Below, in pieces: positions 53,057 through 62,803 of a stretch of 64,000 nt of DNA. Made by a program: the position numbers and the translations under genes. Every line of letters begins with the position of its first letter. Position 1 is the first letter of the stretch. The notes under the pieces were generated by a model. That model made no database searches. It was given only the letters and a program-made list of their open reading frames with translations, and had not been told where the DNA came from. Source of the DNA: Gammaproteobacteria bacterium (lineage in GTDB: Bacteria; Pseudomonadota; Gammaproteobacteria; WFUO01); NCBI GenBank assembly GCA_015484945.1, contig WFUO01000005.1, positions 14,382-78,381 of the forward strand. The letters run 5' to 3'.

Positions 53057-54532
53057 GTGAGCCGGGTGGGGGCGTTCGCCGATCGCTGGCACCGGCGGGC
53101 AGGCCTGCTGGCGGCGGGCTGGTTGCTGGTGCTGGGCCTGACCGGTTTCCTGCTCGATCATCGTGACGAGTGGCGCTGGTTGTGGCGTCCGGCCGTGACT
53201 GGCGACTGGCTTCCGCAAACGGTCACCGTTAAGGCGCGCAAGGCTGCGGTCCGCTTTTACCGCATCGGGCCCGGAGGTCATCGGCTGGCCGGCGGACGCT
53301 CCGGGGCGTGGTGGTCGGTCGATGGCGGCCGGACCTGGCATCGATCCATCAGTCGGCAGCCAATGCCGATGGTCAGGGCTGTCGCCGGGCTGCCGGACGG
53401 GCGTCTGTGGTTCGCGACCGACGATGGCCTGTGGTGTTCGAACGATTTCGGCCGTCACATCGAGCCGGCCTTTTTACGCGGTGTTGATGTGACTGCCGTG
53501 GCGCGCGGTGCCGGGCGCGCGTCTTTACTGCTTGTGACCGGGCGCAGTCAGGTGCTCGGCCTGAATACCCTGAATGGCAGGACAGAACGATACGGTCTCA
53601 AACCTGTTGCCGCCGGGACCCTCCCCGTATCGATCGACCTGTCGCGGCTGGTGCATGACCTGCACTTCGGCCGGGGTGTGTTCGCCAGCCCGTGGTCGCT
53701 CCTGTGGAGCGATCTCACCGGGCTGGCGCTTGTTATTCTGCCGCTTAGCGGCCTGTTGTTCTGGTACCTGCCACGGCGCTGGCGGCGGCTGGCGAAACCG
53801 CAACGGCCGCCCGCACGGCAGCGCAGGTTGTCGATGCGCTGGCTGTTCCGGCTGCATGCACCGTTGATCGGCCTGCTGGCCGTTGTGCCAATCCTGTACC
53901 TCTCGCTGACCGGTATTCTGCTAGATCACCGTCAGGATCTGCGTGGCTGGATGAAATCGGTGATCATCAGCCGTGCCGGGTTGCCGCCGGTTTACGACAT
54001 GCGAGGCTGGCAGGGCGAAATTCGGGATATTGTCGGTTATCCGGGTCAGCCGAACCGTTTCAGTCTCGCCTCGCGCTTCGGCATTTTTACGACACGGGAT
54101 GGTGGTCATACCTGGCGGCGCGAAGTGTTGGGGAAGGGCGCTTGTTTTATCGTGACGTTGCGGCGAGTCGGGGACAGCCTCGCAGCCGGCGGTATGGGTT
54201 GCGCCAATCACCTTCGGGGGCGTCGGGGTTCATGGAGGCCGGTTCGTCACAGCGGTCATATGCCGTCGGATATCAGCACCGATGGCGTAGGCAACTGGTA
54301 CTGGGTCAACCGCAAGGGCGTCAGGGTCGGCAAGCCGGGCCAGGCGTTGCATCCGGCTAGTGTGACACTGCCGGCGCAAGAGATGGTGCCGTGGTATTTC
54401 GTCATCGAGGCGCTGCACAGCGGCCTGCTTTTTCATGCACAATGGAAATGGCTCAACGATCTGTTCGCGATACTGGCGATCGTGCTGGTGCTGACCGGCC
54501 TGGTACGCTGGTGGCGGGTCAAATGGATCTGA
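53057..54532 (+). CDS. PepSY-associated-TM-helix-like membrane protein with Asp-box (BNR-like) loop repeats
   Basis: Four helices match the pattern HR..G......L.L.G..L.H or LH.G (WHRRAGLLAAGWLLVLGLTGFLLDH; LHFGRGVF...; LHAPLIGLL...LTGILLDH; LHSGLLFHAQWKWL...). The loops contain SVDGGRTW and TRDGGHTW. Confidence 0.65.
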   Translation: MSRVGAFADRWHRRAGLLAAGWLLVLGLTGFLLDHRDEWRWLWRPAVTGDWLPQTVTVKARKAAVRFYRIGPGGHRLAGGRSGAWWSVDGGRTWHRSISRQPMPMVRAVAGLPDGRLWFATDDGLWCSNDFGRHIEPAFLRGVDVTAVARGAGRASLLLVTGRSQVLGLNTLNGRTERYGLKPVAAGTLPVSIDLSRLVHDLHFGRGVFASPWSLLWSDLTGLALVILPLSGLLFWYLPRRWRRLAKPQRPPARQRRLSMRWLFRLHAPLIGLLAVVPILYLSLTGILLDHRQDLRGWMKSVIISRAGLPPVYDMRGWQGEIRDIVGYPGQPNRFSLASRFGIFTTRDGGHTWRREVLGKGACFIVTLRRVGDSLAAGGMGCANHLRGRRGSWRPVRHSGHMPSDISTDGVGNWYWVNRKGVRVGKPGQALHPASVTLPAQEMVPWYFVIEALHSGLLFHAQWKWLNDLFAILAIVLVLTGLVRWWRVKWI

Positions 54533-55239
54533 AACTGTACGCGGCCTGCGAGCCCGAACCGGCGCCGCCACGCCGCAGACGGCTGCTGTTGCTGATGGTC
54601 TTGTCATTGTTCACCCACATCGTGGTCCTCGTCGGTAGCCGGGGGCCGGATGTCGTGGAGCGCGAACCATTGATGACATTGCGTTTCGTCCCGGTCACGC
54701 GCCCGGCATCCCGGCCGCCGCCTGTCCCGGCACCCGTGGCCGCCAGGCTATTGCCGAAACCTGTGCGCCGCTCGAGGCCGAGGCTGGTACAACACAGCCG
54801 GTCAAAACCGGCCAGAACACGGCGTGTCCGGCCACGCCGTCGGGTCGTCGAGCCGGCCGGCAGACAGACCATCAAACCGATTGGCCGCACGCCGGCAGCC
54901 CGGCCGGGCGTGCGCCCGGCGGCGATGCCCGCACCTGCCCCGAGCCGGGGGGTCGGGATCGTTCACCGGGTGCAGCCGGTCTATCCGTTGCTGGCGCGTC
55001 GCCGCGGGCTGCAGGGCCGTGTCGTGTTGCTGGTGACGGTGATGCCGGACGGGCGAGTCGGTCGTATCGTCGTGGCCGGCAGCAGCGGTTACCGGATCCT
55101 GGACGGGGCGGCGGTCAGAGCCATACGGCAGTGGCGTTTCAGGCCGGCATTGCGTGAGGGTGTCAGGATCCGTAGCGAGATACGGATCCCGGTCAGGTTC
55201 TCGCTTCGGGAGCAGGACGAAGATGATCCGTTCGAATGA
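54523..55239 (+). CDS. tonB: TonB family energy transducer
   Basis: N-terminal TM helix, a Pro/Arg-rich spacer, and a C-terminal domain (VQPVYPLLARRRGLQGRVVLLVTVMPDGRVGRIVVAGSSGYRILDGAAVRAIRQWRFRP). ATG 54523 overlaps the upstream stop. Confidence 0.88.
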   Translation: MDLKLYAACEPEPAPPRRRRLLLLMVLSLFTHIVVLVGSRGPDVVEREPLMTLRFVPVTRPASRPPPVPAPVAARLLPKPVRRSRPRLVQHSRSKPARTRRVRPRRRVVEPAGRQTIKPIGRTPAARPGVRPAAMPAPAPSRGVGIVHRVQPVYPLLARRRGLQGRVVLLVTVMPDGRVGRIVVAGSSGYRILDGAAVRAIRQWRFRPALREGVRIRSEIRIPVRFSLREQDEDDPFE

Positions 55240-55274
55240 AACGACTGATGTTATACCCGTGTCAGGAAGTGGTC

Positions 55275-56222
55275 TCAGGTCAGCCGGTATTTGCGGATCC
55301 GGTAGAGCAGCGTATCGCGTGTCAGACCGAGCAGGCGCGCGGCATGGCTACGGTTGCCTTGAGTCCGTTCGAGAGCCTGGCGGATCATGCTGATTTCGAG
55401 TTGTTCCATCCGGACACCGTCTTCGGGCAGTTTGAATGTGGTGCAAGCGGTACTGGCCGGTTCACGGATCTCATGCGGCAGGTTGGCGGTATCGACCGTA
55501 CGACCGCTGAACAGGATCAACATCCGCTCACAGAGGTTGCGCAGTTCACGGATGTTGCCGGGCCAGTGATAGCTCATCAGGCAGTCCATGGCGGCCTTGC
55601 TGTAGGCTGGGCCCTCGAGACCGTGTTCCGTGGCCAGGCTCCGGTTCAGGTGGTTGACTAGTACAGGGATATCAGCACGTCGCTCACGCAGGGATGGCAG
55701 GGTCAGCGGTACGATGTTGAGCCGGTAATAAAGATCCTCACGGAATGCCCCGGCTTTTACCCGTTCAGCCAGGTCACGATTGGTAGCGGCAATGATGCGA
55801 ACGTTGGCATGGTACGGGCGAGAATGTCCGAGTGGCTGGCATTCGCCGGATTCGAGGAAGCGCAGCAGCTTTGCCTGCAGCGCCATGGGTAGCTCGCCGA
55901 TTTCATCGAGAAACAGCGTGCCGCCTTCAGCCTCACGAATGAAACCAGCCTGATCCTGACTGGCTCCGGTAAAAGCTCCCTTACGGTGACCGAACAGGGC
56001 CGATTCCGCCAGTGATTCGGGCAGTGCGGCGCAGTTGACACTGATAAACGGTGACGAGGCCCTGGAGCTGTGGGCATGGATCGCACTGGCGAACAGGTCC
56101 TTGCCGGTTCCGCTTTCGCCGAGCAGCAGCACGGGGACATCGGTTTGTGCGATGACCTGTGCGCTGCGGATCAGTTGTTGCAGTTCAGGCGCATCTCCAA
56201 TGATTTTGTCAAAACCGTTCAT
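55275..56222 (-). CDS. Sigma-54-dependent transcriptional activator lacking an N-terminal sensory domain (PspF-like architecture)
   Basis: The AAA+ core begins at residue ~5 (IIGDAPELQQL...LLGESGTGKD). Also has GAFTGA, EDLYYRLN and a C-terminal Fis-type HTH (AARLLGLTRDTLLYRIRKY). Start taken at MNGFDK (ATG 56222). Confidence 0.85.
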   Translation of the reverse strand: MNGFDKIIGDAPELQQLIRSAQVIAQTDVPVLLLGESGTGKDLFASAIHAHSSRASSPFISVNCAALPESLAESALFGHRKGAFTGASQDQAGFIREAEGGTLFLDEIGELPMALQAKLLRFLESGECQPLGHSRPYHANVRIIAATNRDLAERVKAGAFREDLYYRLNIVPLTLPSLRERRADIPVLVNHLNRSLATEHGLEGPAYSKAAMDCLMSYHWPGNIRELRNLCERMLILFSGRTVDTANLPHEIREPASTACTTFKLPEDGVRMEQLEISMIRQALERTQGNRSHAARLLGLTRDTLLYRIRKYRLT

Positions 56223-56229
56223 GTCGTTG

Positions 56230-56967
56230 TTACCGCATTGTGTGATGGCTGGGGATCCGCTGCCGGAAGTCATGTCCTGCATGGGCCTCGTACTGCAGGG
56301 CCAGCCACAGCGTGGCGAGTGCCAGTGCAATGATGGTCAGGCCGATCAGTGGCCTCGCCAGCCGGTGATGTGCCATGCGCGCCATCCAGCCGCTGAATAT
56401 ACCGGCAGTCAGCACGGCCGGTAAAGTCCCGGCGCCAAACGTCAGCATCACCAATCCGCCCGTGATGCCGCTGCCCGTCGTCGTGGTCCAGAGCAGGGCA
56501 GAGTAGATCAGTCCGCACGGCAGCCAGCCCCATACCAGACCATACAGGAAGGCGTGCCCCGGGGTCTTGACCGGGATCAAGCGCCTGCCGATCGGCTCCA
56601 GTACGCGCCATACCGGCCGGCCGATACGCTCGATAACGGCGAAGTGCGGGAACCATCCGGCCAGGTACAGGCCGATGGCGACCAGAATGATCGTCGCCAC
56701 CCCCAGCAAAATGATGCGACCACTCTCAGGTCCCATCAGCAACAGTACCTGCTCGCCGAAGGTTCCGGCAAGAATGCCGGCGAAAGTATAAGAGGTAACG
56801 CGGCCGAGACTGTAGGCGGACAGATAGGGCAGCATGCGCCAGCGCTGTCCGCGTACACCGGGAGGCAGGCCAAAGCTCAATGCACCGATGATGCCACCAC
56901 ACATGCCGATGCAATGTGGCGCGCTCAGCAGGCCGAGCAGAAAGGCAGTGGCATAGTTCAGTTCCAC
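56230..56967 (-). CDS. DsbD_2 / TauE-like family membrane protein (HCxxMCGG motif)
   Basis: SAPHCIGMCGGIIGAL and WGWLPCGLIYSAL are conserved Cys motifs; 6 TM helices; His-rich C-terminus (HAGHDFRQRIPSHH). Confidence 0.7.
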   Translation of the reverse strand: MELNYATAFLLGLLSAPHCIGMCGGIIGALSFGLPPGVRGQRWRMLPYLSAYSLGRVTSYTFAGILAGTFGEQVLLLMGPESGRIILLGVATIILVAIGLYLAGWFPHFAVIERIGRPVWRVLEPIGRRLIPVKTPGHAFLYGLVWGWLPCGLIYSALLWTTTTGSGITGGLVMLTFGAGTLPAVLTAGIFSGWMARMAHHRLARPLIGLTIIALALATLWLALQYEAHAGHDFRQRIPSHHTMR

Positions 56968-57024
56968 GGAGCAGTGGGGTTCCTCACTTCAACCCGACCA
57001 TCATACTACAGCCGTGCGATCGGC

Positions 57025-58983
57025 TCAGAATACGATATTGAGCATGACCAGCGAGACGATCAGGAACAACACCGTCATGATACCGCCGGCGCGCAGGAAG
57101 TCTTTGACGCGGTATCCCCCCGGGCCCATGATCAGGGCGTTGACCTGGTGGGTGGGAATCAGGAACGAGTTCGACGTGGCGATCGCGACCGTGAGCGCGA
57201 AGATGCGCGGATCGCCGCCGACGCCGATGGCGATATTGACCGCCAGCGGCACCAGCAGCACCGTGGCGCCGACATTGGACATGATGAGGGTGAAGAACGT
57301 GGCCAGTACGGCAACGATGGCCTGGATGCCCCAGACCGGCACCCCGTCGAGCATTGCCAGCGTGCGTTGCGAGATCCAGGCGGCGGTGCCGGTTTCGGAG
57401 ACGGCGTCACCGAGCGGAATCAGGCTGGCGAGCAGGAACACCGTCTTCCAGTCCACCGCCTGGTAGGCCTCGTCGATGCGCAACACCCGGGTGACGATCA
57501 TGCCGAGCGCGCCGACCATCAGCGCGATCGCCAGTTGCAGATGCGTGAACAGTACCAGCCCGAGCGCCAGCGCAAAGAAGGTCAGCGCATGGGGCACCTT
57601 GTGGGGGCGCACGTCCTCGTGCGGATAGTCGGTGACGATCAGGAAATCCTTGTTGGCGGACAGTTCGTGCAGGCTGGCCCAGCTTGCGTGCACGACCAGC
57701 GTGTCACCGCCGTGCAGCACCTCGTCGCCGCGGTTCTCGCGGATGGTCTGATCGGCGCGCACGAGTGCCAGTGGATTGATGCCCCAGGTCTTGCTCAGGC
57801 GCAGGTCACGCAGTTTCTTGCCGATGATCTTGGAATGTGGCGGGATGACGATCTCGGCGATCCCGGCCAGGGCCGGGCTCAGGCGGCTGCCGAACACGTC
57901 GTCGAGGGTCTTCTTGGCCATGCAGTGGGTGCGTTCGGCGAATTCACGGATGTATTCCTCCTGGCCGATGACGACGAGCTTGCTGCCGATCCATACGTTT
58001 TCGTCGCGCACCGGCGCGATCATCACCTCCTCGCCATGGTAGAGGGCGATGATCGAGATCGAGTTGTCCATGTGGCTGATCTCGTCGATGGTCTTGCCGA
58101 TCAGCTCGCTGTCCGGTGTGACCAGCAATTGCATCATGTCGCCGCCCATGCCATAGACCTCTTCAAGGTACCTGAGTGTGTTTCCGGGGCCGGCGGTATC
58201 CATTTCATCGGCATTGGCGGCGTGTGCCGGCAGCACATAGCGGCCGGCAATGACGAAATAGGCGATACCTGTGAGGATCAACACGATGCCGATCGGGGTC
58301 ACGTCGAACAGGTGGAAGGTCGTCATCGCCTTGTCGGCGGGCAGGCTGGCGTTGGTGCGTGTGATCAGATCGTTGAGCAGGATCAGCGGGCTGGAGCCAA
58401 CCATCGTGACGGTACCGCCGAGAATGGCGCAAAAACCCATTGGCATCAGCAGGCGTGACATCGGCAGGCCGGTACGGCGCGATATCCGGCTCACGACCGG
58501 CAGGAACAGCGCCGCGGCGCCAATGTTTTGCATGAAGCTGGAGATGATGCCGACAGTGCCGGAAATGATCGGAATGATGCGTTTTTCCGCCGTGCCGCCG
58601 ATGCGCAGGATGACACCGGCCACACGCGACATCAGGCCGGTGCGGTCCAGGCCGGCGCCGATGATCATTACCGCCACGATCGACATCACCGCGTTGCTCG
58701 AAAACCCTTCGAACAGTTCGCCATCCGCCACCAGCGGTTGCAGGAGCTGGTTGAGCCAGGGTAGCTCGCGCGCGGTTTCCGGGAAATGGTGCTCCAGCCA
58801 GTTGATGAGCCGGCCGTCCTCGGTCTTGAACTTGCGGAAGAAGGTCGTCAGGCCCAGCACGAGCATGATCATAATCGCGGCCACATCGACGCGGACGACC
58901 TCGGAGACGAACAGGTAGATTGTGAACGCGAGCAGTATCAGCACCAGGATCATCTGTGGTGTCAGGGTGAGCTCGGTTCCCAT
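57025..58983 (-). CDS. SLC13/DASS family anion permease with two central TrkA-C (RCK_C) domains
   Basis: 652 aa. Multi-TM halves flank two soluble ~70-aa repeats (LVTPDSELIGKTIDEI...VVIGQ; IVIPPHSKIIGKKLRDL...LVVHA). Confidence 0.8.
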   Translation of the reverse strand: MGTELTLTPQMILVLILLAFTIYLFVSEVVRVDVAAIMIMLVLGLTTFFRKFKTEDGRLINWLEHHFPETARELPWLNQLLQPLVADGELFEGFSSNAVMSIVAVMIIGAGLDRTGLMSRVAGVILRIGGTAEKRIIPIISGTVGIISSFMQNIGAAALFLPVVSRISRRTGLPMSRLLMPMGFCAILGGTVTMVGSSPLILLNDLITRTNASLPADKAMTTFHLFDVTPIGIVLILTGIAYFVIAGRYVLPAHAANADEMDTAGPGNTLRYLEEVYGMGGDMMQLLVTPDSELIGKTIDEISHMDNSISIIALYHGEEVMIAPVRDENVWIGSKLVVIGQEEYIREFAERTHCMAKKTLDDVFGSRLSPALAGIAEIVIPPHSKIIGKKLRDLRLSKTWGINPLALVRADQTIRENRGDEVLHGGDTLVVHASWASLHELSANKDFLIVTDYPHEDVRPHKVPHALTFFALALGLVLFTHLQLAIALMVGALGMIVTRVLRIDEAYQAVDWKTVFLLASLIPLGDAVSETGTAAWISQRTLAMLDGVPVWGIQAIVAVLATFFTLIMSNVGATVLLVPLAVNIAIGVGGDPRIFALTVAIATSNSFLIPTHQVNALIMGPGGYRVKDFLRAGGIMTVLFLIVSLVMLNIVF

Positions 58984-59048
58984 GGGTCCTCTCGTACGCG
59001 GCGTTGATTGGACTCCAGTCTATGCCGACCACATTTTCAGTACAAGTT

Positions 59049-59735
59049 TTACTGGCGGCGGTAGCGCAGGTCGTACACCTCGTGGCCAAGACGCCTGCCC
59101 CGCTGTTCGTATTTTGTCTGCGGCCGCCCGCCACGGTCGGCATAGCCGTCGCCGGGCACGGTATTGATGAATGTTGGGCTCGTGGCCAGCACCGTGCGCA
59201 TGTGTTCGGCGTAGTCCTGCCAGTCGGTGGCCATGTGCAGGATGCCACCGGGCTTGAGTACACGCGAAAGGACTTCGACGAAATCAGGCTGGACGATGCG
59301 CCGCTTGTGATGGCGTTTCTTGTGCCATGGGTCGGGAAAGAACAGGTAGATGCCGTCCAGCGATCCCGGCGGGAGCATGTGCGTCAGTACCTGCACGGCG
59401 TCGTGATTGACGATACGGATGTTTTTCAGGCCGTCCTGTTCGATGCGGATCAGCAGGTGGCCGACCCCGGGGCGGTGCACCTCGATGCCGAGATAGTCAT
59501 GTTCCGGGTGGGCGGCGGCCATTTCCGCCAATGCATCGCCACGCCCGAAGCCGATCTCGACGAAACGCGGCGCCTGGCGGCCGAATACGGTATCCAGATC
59601 CAGTGGCGATGTATCGTACGCCAGCCCGTAACGTGGCCACAGGCGCTCCAGCGCGTTGCGCTGAGAGGCCGTCATGCGTCCCTGGCGCAGCACGAAACTG
59701 CGAATCGCGCGTTTTTTTCTGTCGTCCTCAGGCAT
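59049..59735 (-). CDS. trmB: tRNA (guanine46-N7)-methyltransferase
   Basis: [15 protein letters not shown]...[11 protein letters not shown]...[15 protein letters not shown]. Start at MPEDD (ATG 59735). Sits in thiS-thiG-trmB order. Confidence 0.92.
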   Translation of the reverse strand: MPEDDRKKRAIRSFVLRQGRMTASQRNALERLWPRYGLAYDTSPLDLDTVFGRQAPRFVEIGFGRGDALAEMAAAHPEHDYLGIEVHRPGVGHLLIRIEQDGLKNIRIVNHDAVQVLTHMLPPGSLDGIYLFFPDPWHKKRHHKRRIVQPDFVEVLSRVLKPGGILHMATDWQDYAEHMRTVLATSPTFINTVPGDGYADRGGRPQTKYEQRGRRLGHEVYDLRYRRQ

Positions 59736-59745
59736 CGTGAGACGA

Positions 59746-59833
59746 ACACGGAGTACACAGAGGCACGGAGACACGGAGGTCGTCTTGTCCGGGTTGCCGT
59801 TCTCCGTGCCTCTGTGCCTCTGTGTGCTCTGTG
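59746..59833. repeat. Long imperfect inverted repeat (two ~34-nt arms, 20-nt loop) between thiG and trmB
   Basis: The left arm is ACACGGAGTACACAGAGGCACGGAGACACGGAGG. The reverse complement of the right arm is ACACAGAGCACACAGAGGCACAGAGGCACGGAGAA. Built from CACGGAG/CACAGAG heptamers. Confidence 0.6.
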
Positions 59834-59846
59834 TCGATGTCGTGCG

Positions 59847-60647
59847 TCAAAAGAAAAGCCCGTCCAGCGGCGAGGAGGCGCTGGCGAAGCGTTTTTTCGG
59901 CATGCGTCCGGCGAGGAAGGCCTCGCGTCCGGCCTCGATACCCTTTTTCATCGCCGATGCCATCAGGACGGGGTCTTTCGCCGCGGCGATGGCGGTGTTC
60001 ATCAGCACGCCGTCGCAGCCCAGTTCCATGGCGATGGCCGCGTCCGATGCCGTGCCCACGCCGGCATCGACCAGGATCGGCACACGGGCGTTTTCGACGA
60101 TGGTGAGGATGTTGTAGGGATTGCGTATCCCCAGCCCCGAGCCGATCGGCGCCGCGAGTGGCATGACGGCCACGCAACCCATCTCTTCGAAGCGTTTGGC
60201 CACGATCGGATCGTCGTTGGTATAGACCATGACCTTGAAGCCTTCCCTGATCAGTGTCTCGGCCGCTTCCAGCGTCTGTACGATGTCGGGGAACAGCGTC
60301 TTTTCATCACCCAGCACCTCGAGCTTGACCAGATCATGGCCGTCGAGCAGTTCACGCGCCAGGCGGCAGGTGCGTACCGCGTCGTCGGCCGTGTAGCAGC
60401 CGGCCGTGTTGGGCAGGTAGGTGTAACGGTCCGGCGGCAGGGTGTCGAGCAGGTTGGCCTCGCCCGGGTTCTGGCCGATATTGGTGCGCCGTATCGCCAC
60501 GGTGACGATCTCGGCGCCGCTGGCCTCGACCGCGGCCTTTGTTTCCGCCATGTCCTTGTATTTGCCGGTGCCGACCAGCAGGCGGGACCGGTATTCGACC
60601 CCGGCGATCACCAGCGGGTCGTTATGCAGGGTTTCGGTATTGGTCAT
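59847..60647 (-). CDS. thiG: Thiazole synthase
   Basis: [19 protein letters not shown]...LPNTAGC...[13 protein letters not shown]. Start trimmed to MTNTETL (ATG 60647). Confidence 0.95.
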   Translation of the reverse strand: MTNTETLHNDPLVIAGVEYRSRLLVGTGKYKDMAETKAAVEASGAEIVTVAIRRTNIGQNPGEANLLDTLPPDRYTYLPNTAGCYTADDAVRTCRLARELLDGHDLVKLEVLGDEKTLFPDIVQTLEAAETLIREGFKVMVYTNDDPIVAKRFEEMGCVAVMPLAAPIGSGLGIRNPYNILTIVENARVPILVDAGVGTASDAAIAMELGCDGVLMNTAIAAAKDPVLMASAMKKGIEAGREAFLAGRMPKKRFASASSPLDGLFF

Positions 60648-60676
60648 CAGGTTTTCACTCCGGCTTGTGCGGTGGG

Positions 60677-60877
60677 TCAGCCACCGCCGATGGCCCGCAC
60701 GATCTCGATCCGGTCGCCTTCGGCCAGCACGTGTTCGGCCAGGCGGCTGCGCGGCACGATGTCGAGATTGACCTCCATGGCCAGCTTTTCGCCGCTCAAA
60801 CCCAGTATCTCGATCAGTTGCGCGGCCGTGGTTTGCGCGGGTATTTCGCGGGTCTCGCCGTTGACGGTGACTTGCAT
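60677..60877 (-). CDS. thiS: Sulfur carrier protein ThiS
   Basis: 66 aa ending [10 protein letters not shown], the C-terminal GG of ThiS. Sits upstream of thiG. Confidence 0.92.
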   Translation of the reverse strand: MQVTVNGETREIPAQTTAAQLIEILGLSGEKLAMEVNLDIVPRSRLAEHVLAEGDRIEIVRAIGGG

Positions 60878-60976
60878 GACGGCTCCGTGAATCGTTCGGG
60901 AATGGAGATTCTACACCAAACCGGGGCCGGCCCGCACCGGCTTGCAAAGCGCGGCCAAACCCCGCAAATTATCACG

Positions 60977-62776
60977 ATGCACAGCGAGGACATCATTCAT
61001 CCCGAGGCCGCCGGCACCCTGGACGGGTTGTTCCGCGAGCGGGTGCACCGCTCCGGTGACGACGTGGCCTATCAGTACCACGACGGCGAGGGCTGGCGCG
61101 AAGTGACCTGGAACACGGTCAACGGGCAGGTACAGGCCTGGCAGCGGGCGCTGGCCGGCGAGGATCTGCAGCCCGGAGATCGCGTGGCCCTGTTGCTGCC
61201 AAATTCGGTGGACTGGGTGGTGGCCGAGCAGGCCGCGCTGGGGCTCGGCCTGGTGGTGGTGCCACTGTACACCGACGACCGCCCCGACAATGTGGCCTAC
61301 ATTCTCGAGGATGCCGCCGCGCATCTGATCGTCATCGGCAATCGCAGGCTGTGGAAACGCTTTGGCCCGGCCCTGCGAGGTGTCGGCTGCCTGCGGCGCA
61401 TCCTGTTGCTCGACGATGAGGACGCCAATCCGGCCGATCCCGGCGATCCACGCGTGCGTCCGGTACCGGAGTGGCTGGCGTCGGGCAAGGGCGAAATCCG
61501 CCTGCACCGCAGTGATGGCGACGAGCTGGCCACGATCGTCTATACCTCGGGCACTACCGGGCGACCCAAGGGCGTCATGCTCAGTCATCGCAATATCCTT
61601 TCCAACGCCCACAGCGCGTTACTGTGCTTCGATGTCTATCCGGACGACCAAAGCCTGTCGTTTCTGCCGTTGTCGCACACCTTCGAACGCACCGCCGGCT
61701 ACTATGTGCCAATGATGGCCGGCAGCCGGGTGGCCTATTGCCGTTCCATCGCCCAGCTGGCCGAAGACATGCAGCAGATCCGTCCGACCAAGATGATCGT
61801 CGTGCCGCGCATCTTCGAGCGCATCCACGCCCGTATCCGCCAGCAACTCGAACGCCAGTCGGCGCTTGCGCGGATGCTGTTCGATCTCACCGTGGCCGTG
61901 GGCTGGCGGCGTTTCGAGCGCCGCATGGGGCGCGCCGGTTGGCGGCCTTCGCAGTGGCTCTGGCCGCTGCTGGACCGCCTGGTGGCCGGCAAGATACGCC
62001 AGCGGCTCGGCGGACGCATACGCATTCTCGTCAGCGGCGGTGCGGCTCTGTCACCCGAGATCGCGCGGGTGTTCATCGGCATGGGGCTGGACATCGTGCA
62101 GGGCTACGGCATGACCGAGACCAGCCCGGTGGTCAGCGGCAACCCGGTCGATGACAACATTCCTTCCAGTGTCGGCGTGCCGTTGCCGGGTGTCGAAGTG
62201 CGCATCGGCGAGGGCGACGAGCTGCTCGTACGCAGCCCCGGTGTCATGCTCGGCTACTGGAACAACCACGCCGCCACGGCCGAGATCATCGAACCGGACG
62301 GTTGGCTGCACACCGGTGACTGCGCACGTATCGAGAACCGACACATCTTCATCACCGGGCGCATCAAGGACATCCTGGTGATGTCCAATGGCGAGAAGGT
62401 GCCGCCGGCCGACATGGAGGCGGCGATCCTGATGCATCCTTTGTTCGAGCAGTGCCTGGTCCTGGGCGAGGGCCGTTCCTATCTCTCCGCGCTGGTGGTG
62501 CTCGACGGCGAACAGTGGTTCCGGCACGCGCAGGAACTGGGAGTCGATCCCATGGACCGGGACGCATTGCAATCAAAACCGGTCGAGCGCCACCTGTGCC
62601 GGCTGATCACCGGTCAGCTCGGGAATTTTCCGGGCTATGCGCGGATCCGCCGGGTATGCGCCACGCTGGAGCCGTGGACGGTGGACAATGGCCTGATGAC
62701 ACCGACCATGAAGGTCAAGCGCCAGCAGGTGATGCGGCACCACGCCGCCGACATCGAGCGGCTCTACACAGGTTGA
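60977..62776 (+). CDS. AMP-dependent long-chain acyl-CoA synthetase/ligase
   Basis: AMP-binding motif IVYTSGTTGRPKGVMLSHRN, plus GYGMTETSP and HTGD...GRIKD. Start trimmed to MHSEDII (ATG 60977); the track ORF start at 60539 lies antisense to thiG/thiS. Confidence 0.88.
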   Translation: MHSEDIIHPEAAGTLDGLFRERVHRSGDDVAYQYHDGEGWREVTWNTVNGQVQAWQRALAGEDLQPGDRVALLLPNSVDWVVAEQAALGLGLVVVPLYTDDRPDNVAYILEDAAAHLIVIGNRRLWKRFGPALRGVGCLRRILLLDDEDANPADPGDPRVRPVPEWLASGKGEIRLHRSDGDELATIVYTSGTTGRPKGVMLSHRNILSNAHSALLCFDVYPDDQSLSFLPLSHTFERTAGYYVPMMAGSRVAYCRSIAQLAEDMQQIRPTKMIVVPRIFERIHARIRQQLERQSALARMLFDLTVAVGWRRFERRMGRAGWRPSQWLWPLLDRLVAGKIRQRLGGRIRILVSGGAALSPEIARVFIGMGLDIVQGYGMTETSPVVSGNPVDDNIPSSVGVPLPGVEVRIGEGDELLVRSPGVMLGYWNNHAATAEIIEPDGWLHTGDCARIENRHIFITGRIKDILVMSNGEKVPPADMEAAILMHPLFEQCLVLGEGRSYLSALVVLDGEQWFRHAQELGVDPMDRDALQSKPVERHLCRLITGQLGNFPGYARIRRVCATLEPWTVDNGLMTPTMKVKRQQVMRHHAADIERLYTG

Positions 62777-62803
62777 GCCTTCGAGGGGCCGTCACAGGAT
62801 TGT

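Noticed and set aside
60878-60976. TPP riboswitch expected upstream of thiS-thiG
   Set aside because: I read the 99-nt leader on the minus strand. It has no CTGAGA / ACCTGATCTGGATAATGCCAGCG-type THI-box core. The region is also too short for the full aptamer plus expression platform.
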